From Microbotryum violaceum (Eukaryota), in NCBI GenBank assembly GCA_001244265.2, contig CDLV01000021.1:62001-126000 (forward strand): 64,000 nt of DNA, read 5' to 3'. A program made the translations under genes and the position numbers. Below, piece by piece: positions 25,258 to 36,460 of this stretch (the first letter of the stretch is position 1; every line of letters starts with the position of its first letter). The notes beneath the pieces are model-generated. The model did no database searches. It was given only the letters and a program-made list of their open reading frames with translations, and had not been told where the DNA came from.

Positions 25258-28200
25258 TCACTCCTGTTCTTCTTGGTCCTCATGTATGATCGGCCCATGC
25301 CGATGCCCCTCGAGATTCTCCGCATCGCGATCATCGGCCTCCGCCCCCTCTTTCTCCTCCGACGGCGAGACCCCTTCCGGAGCGACCTCATCCCCGGTTT
25401 GTGCAGATGATTCATCGCTCGGAATATCGTACTCGGGGGTGTCGTAGACCTCGTCATCGTCATCGGCTTCGGGCGCCGGGTTCGCGGGGTCTGTGAGCAA
25501 GCCACAAAACAAGACGAAAGTGTCAACAAAGATGGGGCCTGGACGGGTTGCCAAGACGGGGCCTACTGACATTGCTCGAAAAAGTCCGTCTGTCTTCGGG
25601 CCTCGAGTAAGAGCGTTTGGATGGCGAAATAAGCTGCGCGGGTCGGGAGAAGGACAGCCTAAGTATGCAGCAAAAATATTCCTGGCCAAGTACAAAACCT
25701 ACCAGCAGGATGAGGCGAAGTCGTGTCCGACTCCGTCCTCGGCGGGTTCTTGGCCAACTCGACCTCGTCAAACAACTTGACCAAACTCGTCCTCCAATCC
25801 ATGTCCTTCTCGACCATCCGGCGCCCATTGGTGCCCAGCTTGCGTCGCAGCGAAGTGTCCTTGATGAGCTTGACCAACGCGTCGGCGTAGAGACTGGCGT
25901 CGACCCGGTCCTTGAGCTTGTGATCGATGAGGATTCCACCGAGCGATGACGCGGAGGCCTTGCCCGTGTAATCCCCAAGTTGTTCCGGCAAAGCGCCTTC
26001 CCTCGCTGTTAGGACGGGAAGTCCCATAGCCATCGCTTCGGCCACGGCGATCGAGACGCCTTCAGAGCGCGAAGGAAGCATGAAAATGTCCGAAGCCGCG
26101 AGATAGGGGTACGGGTCGTTGATGCCACCCAAGACTCGAACATAGTCCCCAATCGAATGCCTAACGATCTCGGACTTGAGAGGGGCTTCGAGCGGTCCAT
26201 CCCCGACCATGATGACAACGAAATCCTCTTCGACTGCATCCAGGAGTTTGGCGACGATACTCGGGACGAGCAAAGGTCGTTTCTGTGGATCGAGCCGGCC
26301 AACGATCGTGATGACGACTGTGGCACTGGGGAGGTGAAGGAATGTCGCTTTGGCATTATTTCGCTCGCGAAGGGTGACGGGAAAGAAGCGATCCATCTCG
26401 ATACCAAGCTTGACGACGCCGACGCGCTCCGGAGCATGGCCACGCGCGATTAGGTAGTCCCGCAAATAGTGGGAGCAGGTGATCGTACGCGCCAAATGCC
26501 GGCGCAGGATCGTCGAGTATTGAGGGTAACCACCTGATTTCCATCCATCATAGGCTTCGTTGTGCAGGTACTGTGCGTGGAAAGAGCGAAGGTCAGAAGT
26601 AGAGCGGTCAAAAAGGAACTTTCTACTCACATCAATAAACTCGACATCGGGCATCTGCTCCACAAGGGCAGGCATCATTTCGTAGGTCAACTGCGAGTTG
26701 GAGAGCACAATCTGATTGATGCCACGCGATTCGACGAGGTACTTGAAGTAACGGGGGAAATCGCGGGCGCGAAGGAAGGATGGGAGTACGTGGACATCAT
26801 GCGTCCACTGCAGTGCCTCGGGTCGGAGCTCGATCCCTGCCGGCGGGTCGAATAGGGTGCAGACGACTGTAACGCGATACCCCTTCTCGGCATACAGGCG
26901 GATCATGCGGACGGCGCCTACATCGGCACCCCCAAGGTAAAGCCACGGGATGACAAACATGATGCTCTTGTCCGAGGTCGCGAGGTTGCTCTCGAAGGGT
27001 TGGTCCCATACGATCCTCTCGAGCGCGCTCGAGTGCTTTGGCACGCGGTGCGGGAAGTTCGATGCATCGTCGAGAAAGCGGTGCTTCTTCTGCACGGTCT
27101 CGCGCATATGGATAAAGGGTGCACTCCGCCCCGAGAATGTGTCGCCCCAGCGACTAGCCCGGAATTTTTGATCGTTGGCCCGGTACCTACGATCCCACGC
27201 TGCTACTGGATCAGGGCGACGCCACGAGGGGATGCCGACGGAAGCGACTCACCAAAACAGGGGCTCGAGCGCGGTACCACCCCAGAACCCATTTTCGGCC
27301 AAGCACATCCAAAAGTCCCAGTCCTCGCCCCCCGAAGCAAAATTCTGTTCGTCGTATTTACACCCCGAGTCGACGACGGCTTGCGATCGGTACATCGCCG
27401 CGTTGGGCACATAGTTGCCCTGCAGTAGTTCGGTGTCCGTTTAACCAAAAAGAACTCGGCCCCACGCTCTGTCACTCGGACTTTAGGTTCAAGACTCACC
27501 TCGTTGAGGTTTCGATCATGGGAATGAAGCCCGGTTGTGACGGATTCGTTTGCTCCAGGACCATGCTTGATGTAGTAAAAGCCGCCGAGCTGCCAGTCCG
27601 CATTCGACTCAAGCATCCACGCCGTCTTCTCCAAACAAGTGAATTCGAGCATGTCGTCGTCATCGAGGCTGACCAGGTACTTGGGCGGACCGTTCGGTCG
27701 TTCGAGCAAGTACTTCAATGCGACGTTGCGTGTCGCAGCGAGACCCTTGCTCCAGGTGTTCTTGAGCACCTTGACGCGCGGATCCTTGGCCAGGTCTGCG
27801 ATCGCATCCAGTGATTCGCTGTTGTCGGTGTGGTCATCAACGATCGCCCACACAAAATTCTGCAGCGACTGGCCCAACACCGTGGCCGCGGTTTCGCGCA
27901 AAATTTTGGGTCGAGGATTGTTCGTCGCGGTGATTATGCCAATGACGGGATCATCAAAGCGTGCCGCGGGCGAAAGCAAGAACTGCTTCGGCGACGGTCG
28001 ATGCGGCGACATCGGATGGTTTGCATAGTTGATCAGTCGCTCCTCATGATGCACTGGTAGTGGGTCGCTGGAAGGCGCGAAGGGTGAAGTCGCAGCGCGT
28101 ACAAGAGCGGCTTTTCGGACACGTGACGTGACAGATCTCGTTGCCTCCGTGACTGCGGTGGTCCTGTCGGATCGTGCGGACAACATCGTTTGGTTTGTCC

Positions 28201-28527
28201 TCGCAGGCCTTGTCCATCTCTTCTTCTCGAAAAGATTTCGATCGATCGAATGCCATGATATCAAGATGATCGCCAGGAGAATCGTGACGACTAAGAGTAG
28301 ACGTGACGGCCGTAACCGCCGTGTTGAAAGGTGAACGGATGCGGATGAACCGTAGCCGTCATCGACAGAGCGCAAGTCCGGTGAAGTGTGAGACACGGAC
28401 CGCCGTCTTGGAGTCTGTGTTTGAGCAAGAAAGAAGAGCAGGTTAGCTTTGTACTACCCACTTTGAAATGGATTGTTGGATTGCCCCTGCGGCGAGTGGA
28501 GGTGGCCTGCACGCTGCGACGCTCCAT
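25258..28527 (-). CDS. Bifunctional glycosyltransferase: N-terminal TM anchor, GT2 (GT-A) domain and GT4 (GT-B) domain
   Basis: ATG 28527 (MERRSV...FK|TPRRRSVSH) and TM RLLLVVTILLAIILISW. GT2 motifs: SLQNFVWAIVDDHT, GLAATRN, LDDDD. GT4 motifs: PWLYLGGAD, VGRLDPQKRP, SDIFMLPSRSEGVSIAVAEAMAMGLPV. Acidic C-terminal tail. Confidence 0.87.
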
Positions 28528-29364
28528 CTTTCAAGTTGAAGCTCTGTGGTTGTCCTGGTCAAGAGCGCCGCAAAGCCGCGAGGCGTAGCATCGACTAGTC
28601 GGCATAGATCAAGACGAGCTGATCCACGTCGATTTCGGCAGATCGTCGTCGAGTCAACGTCCTCGCACCGAAACCCGTAGCGCTCCGTTCTCCTCCTGCC
28701 CTCTTGGAGCCCATGCCAGCACGACCGCTCCGTGACGGACTCCGCGCCGCGGGTTTGAAGACAGATCTCTGATCGGATGAGTTATTGGATGGGGAAGATG
28801 TAAATCGACAAACTGACACTAGGCCACGTCGACATGATGGCGGGAAGCTGCAAAAGACCACTCCTACTACCCTCGCGGGCAAGCGAGTCTGCAATTTTCG
28901 AGAAGTGGAGGGTGTGATGTAGGAAATGTGAAACGGTTGCTGGTGCGAGAGGGGAACGGAAAGGAAGGACTCGAGACCGTGGGACCGAGACACGCGAACG
29001 CGCTCTCGGAAAACGAGGAAGCTTCGATCGTGCTCGGATTCGGTACGAAACGCGGTAGAATGCCTATCTAAGGTGACTCAGACCAGCCAAGGCAGAGTGT
29101 CTACCAATCATCTGGTTCCTTGGACCTTGATGTTACCAGTGAATCTTAATCCTGTCGCATTGCAGTGGGAACCTCATATATATTTTAGATCGACGAAGGT
29201 ACTACGATGTTTGCGGTGCCGACTATATTCGGTCCTGCTGGTCCCTGACAGATGCAGTGAGACCGGTGAAAGTTGTAGCGATGACTGAGCGAGCCGAGGC
29301 TCAAGTTCATACGACCAGTCAAGCTGCAACCGACAAGTCGTAATTCGTGAAATCTCGAGGCCCA

Positions 29365-29449
29365 GACGCGTGCCTTGGCTTTCGTCGTGACGCGTGCCTT
29401 GGCTTTCGTCGTGACGCGTGCCTTGGCTTTCGTCGTGACGCGTGCCTTG
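29365..29449. repeat. Perfect 24-bp tandem repeat, 3.5 copies
   Basis: Unit gacgcgtgccttggctttcgtcgt at 29365, 29389 and 29413, with a partial copy at 29437; no spacers. Confidence 0.97.
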
Positions 29450-31457
29450 ATGCGCGTGCCTCGCGGCGATAATGACGTTGGCCGACTCGCCTCCGGCAGT
29501 GTCGTTCATCGCCCGACGCTTTGACAGCGTGCAGCGCACGGTGTTCTGGTGCGGGAGGACCCCCGAAAGCCCAGCCAGAGGCGCATGCGGAAAAACGCCC
29601 TTTTTTGGCCTTTTTGTCAAAGTTTTTTACCCTATTTTGGCCCCAAAATGTCAAAATTTCGCATGCGCCTCGGAAATATTATCAAAATGTGTTCTACATG
29701 CTACAAACATTGCTCAAAAGTCCTCGAAAACGCGTTCCGAGCGTTTGCGGGCGCGCGGCGGCCTATCGAAAGTGGCTCGCGGCGCGCGTCGCTTCGGCTG
29801 GTGTTGCGCGTGGCTCCACGCTTCAAACAAGCCTTCCTTGCTTTGCTGGCTGGCTCGCTGCTTCGTTGTCAGACTTCCTTTTTGCTGCAATTGAGCTCCT
29901 TGTCTCCGCGGTGGCATTTGTGCGGCTTGTAGAGGTTCTGCCGGCGGCATCTCGCAGGCAGGGCACGCTCCGAAGGGCGGCAAATCTTTGCTCGGCATGT
30001 GCGCTCGTGCTGATTAGGCGCTCGTCCGGGTAACATGAGGTAAGGTCCGTGGTTGAACGATATGTAGTCGTTGACGGGCCTAATGACTCGATGACCTGTC
30101 GACCATCAATCATGCGGAACGGCATAGTGCCATCAATGAGGTGTGTGGAATAGCATGTTTTCTTGATGAGGCGAAGCTCCTGTACGACGACATTTGAGAG
30201 TAGAACCAACGAGGCGAGCGTGTCTTGGTTGCAGTGGTTTGGTGTCACTCTGCTGTAGATGTGTCGCACTGTAGGACACAATACTTGTGTCAAACGAGAA
30301 CTTTCTCAACTGCCACTCAAAACAATGCGCGTACCAATTCCGATAGACAGCGCTTCTTCTCCATAAACAGTTTGCTCGCAGCTGAGTGAATGCATGCCAC
30401 ACTTGAGGCCAAAGCAGATCAGAGATCCAATCTCCAATGGTGTGGCAGCGGTTACAGCTCCGTCAAGCGATCCAAATGAGGATAGCGTTGTGCTAGCGCT
30501 CCATACTGCTTGTCTCTCTCAGGGAGCTTTTCCTAAACGTTAGGACCGGCAAAACATTAGATTCAGTTGCCTTCGTTCCTAAATTCAGCAACAACTCACT
30601 TGAATGCGGCCATCCTCAATATAGGCATTCTTCTGAATCTCGTTCAAGCTCCTCGTCGTGCCCGCCATGTCTTCGCAGCGAGATGGTCCCATGGACTGTA
30701 CCAACCCTTTCAAGACGCTTGAATGTGTTGTACTGCGTCCTTCCTCTGTATTGCTAACCCCTACGCCTGCCTCTCTGCGAGTTGAGTCGCTCGAGTCCAT
30801 CGGCCTCCCTTGAGTAGAACAGCTCGAGGTGGCTACACTTATGAGCAGCTTGATGAGCAATCAGGTTGGCCAGTTCAGCGAGAAATTGGTATCGCGAGCA
30901 TCGACAACTTGAGGCGGAAGTTTCAAGTGTGTGGGCTGTGTAGAACCAAACACGCGTGAGCTTAGACCAAAATTTCGATAGTTGAGCTTGGTAGACGATT
31001 GTTCGTGAGAAGCTGTTTGCCTTCTCAACGGCCTCGAGTAGATGATAAGGTCGAGTAGTGGGTGAGCTCGTCTTTGGACAACTCGATGTGAAGAGACGCG
31101 GCGGCGGGAGCGACATCGAAGGCCAGGAGCTCGGCGATCGTCATGTTCATGTTGGTGAGCGGCAATCATCAATCGAAGGCATCGATCAAGGCCTGCATGG
31201 GATGATGTTGTCGTGCTATGCTCCAATCTCGGACCGAAGTGAAGCGGAACGGAACCTGCGCCCCTTCAATATCTAATCGGCCTAATCCCTCACAGCCACT
31301 TAACTCAAGTGATTACCGAAGATGGCTAGTACTAAGTGACTTGTTCAGGCGCGAGCATCGCTAAACGCGTCTCGAAGCGAAGGCGAACGGGCCCAAAGTC
31401 ATGCCGTAGGCTGCTCAGGGTAGGCCAAAATTGGGCCGACTCCTGCCGACTCACGGG

Positions 31458-31592
31458 AAAATGTCAAAATATAGACATGCGCCTCGGGGGCGAAACGTGT
31501 CTTTCGTCCCAAAAATGTCATTTTTTTGCAATGCGCCTGGACGATTTTCAGGATTTTGGGTCCTCAAAATGTTTTTAAAAAAAAATGCGCCT
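31458..31592. repeat. Three degenerate motifs with an exact 54-bp period
   Basis: AAAATGT at 31458, 31512 and 31566; ATGCGCCT at 31477, 31531 and 31585. Confidence 0.9.
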
Positions 31593-31692
31593 CCGGGTGC
31601 GGGCAGGTGCGGGCGCGGGCCGGCAGCGGGCCGGCAGCAACTTGATTTTTGACTTCTCGCCGACACACGTCGAGCCTGCCATTTACCGAGAA

Positions 31693-33160
31693 ATGTCTAT
31701 TTTCCGCCCCTGCATCGACCTCCACAACGGACAGGTCAAGCAGATCGTCGGTGGAACGCTCGATACAGCAGACTTGACGACCAACTTTATCTCAGAGTCA
31801 GTGTCTGTGTATTGGCTTCGACTCTCCTACTTCCTCCCTGGCTGACGAAAAGCCCCTATTCTTGCTGTCGCGGCGTGATCCGATCTCGCACAGGCACCCG
31901 CCCGCGTACTATGCCGACTTGTATCGGAAACATCACCTCAAGGGAGCTCATGTCATCAAGTTGGGACCAGGCAACGATCAGGCGGCACGAGAGGCGCTAC
32001 AAGCGTGGCCAGGTGCGTCCGCTTCAGCACTCTGCTCGCAGAGTCGAGCATTGCCAGCACATCACTGATCACTGACATACAATGAACATTTCTGAAAACA
32101 GACGCTCTGCAACTCGGGGGCGGTATCACGGACGCGAACGCGCTCGAATGGATCGATGCTGGAGCGTCACAGGTGCGAAGAGCCCCACGTCTGGCTTCCA
32201 CCACCGTGTTCAACCCACACTGACCATCCATCTGCATGACAGGTCATCGTTACATCATACCTGTTCCCTAATTGCACCTTCGATGAGGAGCGCTTGAGGA
32301 TACTAGCCGAGAAGGTGGAGAAGAAGCGATTGATCGTCGATGTCAGGTTCGTCCGAGGGGTGCAAACATCCGGCCTTTCGCATATTCGGGCATGACACTC
32401 ACTGCGAAACCATGCAACATACAACAACAGCTGCCGGAGACGGGACAACAAATGGATTGTTGCCATGAATCGATGGAGAGACCTGGCCGACATGGAAGTC
32501 AACGAAGGTAGGGCAGCGAATGCACAGTCAAGGCTTTAGCTTGGACGGAAGTCTGAATCGTATTGTCCTTCGCAGAGTCCTTATCCTTGCTATCACAGTA
32601 CAGCAGGTAAGTGTCACAAAAACTGGTACAGTATCGGCAGGCGATCTCGCTCATGCTATTCGTCGATCTCGATACTGCAGCGAATTCCTAGTTCATGCCG
32701 CCGACGTCGAAGGGCTCTGCCAAGGGATCGACGAGCAGTTGGTTGAGAGTGAGTGCAAAGGGATTAGTGTCTGGATGGAACACGTTCCCAAACTTCTCAC
32801 CCCAACACATCATCGTCCCACACAGAGCTCGGGCAATGGTGCAATATTCCAACGACCTACGCTGGAGGAGCACGAGGTAAAGCTTTTAGGTCACTTCAGC
32901 ACCGACGTTTCATGCGTGCTGATCTTCCTGACGCCTCCGAATGCGACCTTCACAGACATGAAAGACCTCGAACTAGTCGACCGGTTGTCCAACGGTCGAG
33001 TTGATCTAACCTTCGGAAGGTGAGTCAAGACAAGCGATCGGCCTGCCTTGGTCTGTGCTGAGTGCATATCCTGTGCCAATGTCCCAGTGCATTGGATATC
33101 TTCGGGGGGTCGCAAGTCAAGTTCAAGGATTTGGTAGAATTCAACAGACGAACGAGGTGA
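31693..33160 (+). CDS. HIS6: Phosphoribosylformimino-5-aminoimidazole carboxamide ribotide isomerase (10 exons)
   Basis: [71 protein letters not shown] and [14 protein letters not shown]. Confidence 0.96.
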
Positions 33161-33338
33161 TAACAGACGCGATCTATGGTACATCCTGGGGTTGCGCGAA
33201 GCAAATCCAACACAAGCCTCAACAATATCTCGGGTAGTTTATGTCGACCACGGCGCATGCAAGCGCTCGTGCCATCTCTGCGATGATATAATGTCTACAG
33301 TAGTAGCATAGGTAACGTTTACCTTAGATTTTAGAAGG

Positions 33339-35678
33339 CTACTGCCCTTCCGTACCCTTCTCAGCACCACTGCCACCCGGGCTCCTGCTATTCGTATCAT
33401 CAGCCACCTCTTCGTCCGGGGCTACAGAGACCGAGTTCCATGCAGCCAGGGCAAAATTCACGTCACCAATCTCATCTACGCTCCGTGCTGTTTCGCGCGC
33501 CAGCTTGACATCATGGAACCCCGCCAACGAAGTTAGCGGCGGTCGCTCACCGGTGAATTCGCCCATCAGAAACCCCGAGTTTTCAGCGATCTGTCGGTCC
33601 TCAGTCCTGATGCGGCGGTACTTGGCCAGATCCTTGGCGTACTTCTTGTCGAACTGCGCACGCTTGTCCAGCCATTTCCGAACTGGCCCGGGGTGGAGAT
33701 TGCCCACCGCTTCCGGGCTCATTTGGAGTGCGGGCAAGTCCGCTTCGGGTTCCAGAGGTCGAACGCGGCCATTGACGGCGACGCGCTGGCGAATCAGGTG
33801 ATGGTGAGAAGGACCAATATGGCCGCCGATGCGGACGGATCCCGTCGCCACTTCTCCCTCCCCGAGAACACTCTCCGCATCAGAGTCCGAGCTCTCGTCC
33901 TCGGAGCCAAGGGAGATGTTGTCCACCACGTCCGCCAGGTCGATGACGGAGGAAGCATGGGAAGTATCGTGACTGCGAGTGGGCACCTTCTTGGCTCTCG
34001 CGATGGCCCACAATCCGAAATTGGCGCATGCGCGGTACATGTATTTGGCCGGTTCGGTGATCGAAAGCGTTGTCGTGACATGAGCAGCGCCGTCAAAGAC
34101 TTGTAACTGGACGAGCGTGGGCGGGTAATCTGTCTCGAGGTGCTTTCGCTGGGATGGGTACGCGTCGAGAACAGCCTGTGACGGAGGATATCGCTGCGGT
34201 GCTGCAGCCTTGTGCGCAATGTAGATGATTTCGTCGCGCAGCAGCTCGGCAGATCCAGCAACCTATCAACAGCACGAGGATCAGTACGCGCTGGTCTTTA
34301 CTCGCATCGGAGGTAGGGACGTACGATATGGAGGGGTGGGAGTCCTCCAAGCGAGCCCTGGTTGACAGGGGACACCATTGGGTGGCGTAGCATCGCATTG
34401 GGACAATACATCTGCATTTGCTCGTCCAAAAGAATCTGCTTCTCTTCTCCCTCCAGAACATAAAAGTCTTCCGGCGTCTTGAGCGGTGGCCATACCAACG
34501 AAGGCTTGTAGTGGAAACCGTCCGAAGGGATGTAGTCGCCCGCGTCGGACTCGATGATGGAAGGGAACGAGTGCGCAAGATCGACCCAAGGAGAGATGAG
34601 GGTTGCACCGCACGGCATAGGCAGCTCGAGATCGCGGAGCAGCGTCAAGAGGACCAATGTCAAGCCGGCACCAGAGGAATCCCCTGCGAAGACAACCATC
34701 GAAGGATCGACACCGGGGGTTTGAAGAAGTTCGAGGTAAGCCGCGAGCACGTCGAGCAGCGCACACGGAAACGGGTACTGCGGTGCGAGACGGAACGAAG
34801 GTGCAAAGGCAACACCGTTGAGTTTGCGAGCATGTCGCTGGATCTGATAGCGGTGCGTTTCCAGGCTGGAGAAGAAATGCGCGCCTCCGTGGATGTAGAA
34901 GAGAATCCTTTCCGGTGACCGATCACCTCGAGCGATCTTGTATTTTCTCATCTGGTCGATCACATGTCGTCAGAAATAGTCAGAAACGGGGGCTTTTGGT
35001 TATCGCATCACACAATGGCAAACACCATGTCTCACTTCGATCCACTCGGCCGTCAGAGGCCTGCCCCTCATCGTCCACCACTTGACTCCCCCCACTTGCT
35101 CAATCGTCTTGGGATCGACCGACAAAGCTTTGACCAGGAGATGCGTCGCGCGGGAGATGCATTCGTCCGAGATGGTGACGACCTTGCGACTCACGAACCG
35201 CGGGATGGGAACGTGGTGGGCCGTGAACTTTTGCAGCTCGCCGACTGGGTATCACGTGAGAGAGAAGATCGGCGGAAGGTCCCAAACCGGAGATCAGCTC
35301 GAGGCTCCTGAACGTGACTTTCCCGAAGAAAATGGTTACTCCCCGTATGACTCACGAGGATGCGTTGAAGCATAGAGCAGAAACTTTTTGACAATGTTGA
35401 GCCCTTCCCCATACGAGAGCTGAGCCCTAGGTGATCCGTCTTTCTTGAGCTTGCGATGGTGCAACAAGAACTGCACAAAGCCTGCAGTGGGTCAATGGGA
35501 ACGCGGACATCTCATCAGCTACTAATAAATGTGATCCCCTAAGTACCCTCGGAGAAAGCGCCATGCTCCATGCTACGAGCTCCCTCGCTCGTCGAGCGGA
35601 TCGCTCGATCGTCAACTGACCTCGGAGACCAGCGGGGGCAGTATGGACGGCCACACCGACAGTCGATAAAGTGGGCAT
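33339..35678 (-). CDS. Alpha/beta hydrolase, HSL-family lipase/esterase (Abhydrolase_3)
   Basis: ILFYIHGGAHFFSSLETHRYQIQRHARK, RLAPQYPFPCALLD, nucleophile motif GDSSG, LISPWVDL and SLGGLPPL. Confidence 0.9.
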
Positions 35679-36460
35679 CTTGACCGCGTATGCTTCAGCA
35701 ACGACTTGACAATGCTGCTATGACTAACAGCATGTACGCCAAGGTGAAAAGCGGAGTCAGAGAAGGAACGTGGTGCCATTCGATGTTAATCACGTGGATC
35801 AGGTGGGGTCAGTCGACCAGAGAAGGCTGATCGAAATTGTTCGGGGAGCCTGAGGGCGCTGCGTGTCAACGTGTCAATGACGTCATGGCTGCTGCGCGCT
35901 GACGGCCAAGCCTGGCTGCCTGTGCGCCTGTGGACTCGTCAGAGTTGTCGGCCAACGCGTGATTCCAGCTGGTCGCCGTGGTCGGCCTAATTTCACGCCC
36001 TCTATTAAGAGCTTTACAGTAGTGCGGTTGGTACGTTGACATCAGGAAAGTGAGGCAGGCTCCGAAACGTCGTCTAACAGCTTGATTCAGTCACTCTGCC
36101 GAGGTGAGCAGCGATTTCGGTCTCGCACGTGTACTAGGCGCCGTCGCCCAATCGGTTTGGTGTGCCCGCGGCGCCTGAGCAAGTCCTCGATCCCGAGCAG
36201 CATCTCATTTTTCGTGCTCTGTTGTGCGACTACTGTAAGGTGGCAATATCTTTTGAATGTGATCATCAAAATGGAGCAAGTAAAAAGACAAACAAACAAC
36301 AGAAGGAACTTAAAGAAGCACACGCACACATGACAAGAGGTGGCGCAAAAGCATCTAGCGGAACCAGCGCCAGGAATTCATCCCGGCAACCGAGGACGTC
36401 TAGAAGGAACGTCTATCTTGGAATCGAATCGACAGTTTTATCGTTGCCCCGCCCCACCAA

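Larger units (their letters stand above)
29365..31640. mobile_element. Putative decayed non-autonomous DNA transposon-like element (boundaries approximate)
   Basis: Both ends carry a shared AAAATGT(N11-12)ATGCGCCT motif (29645; inverted core at 29579-29586; 31458, 31512, 31566) and short tandem repeats. The interior is a stop/frameshift-broken minus-strand frame. No clear TIR, TSD or transposase motif was found. Confidence 0.4.

Noticed and set aside
29365..29449. Repeat array as a possible CRISPR
   Set aside because: Units are contiguous with no spacers, there are no cas genes, and the context is eukaryotic.
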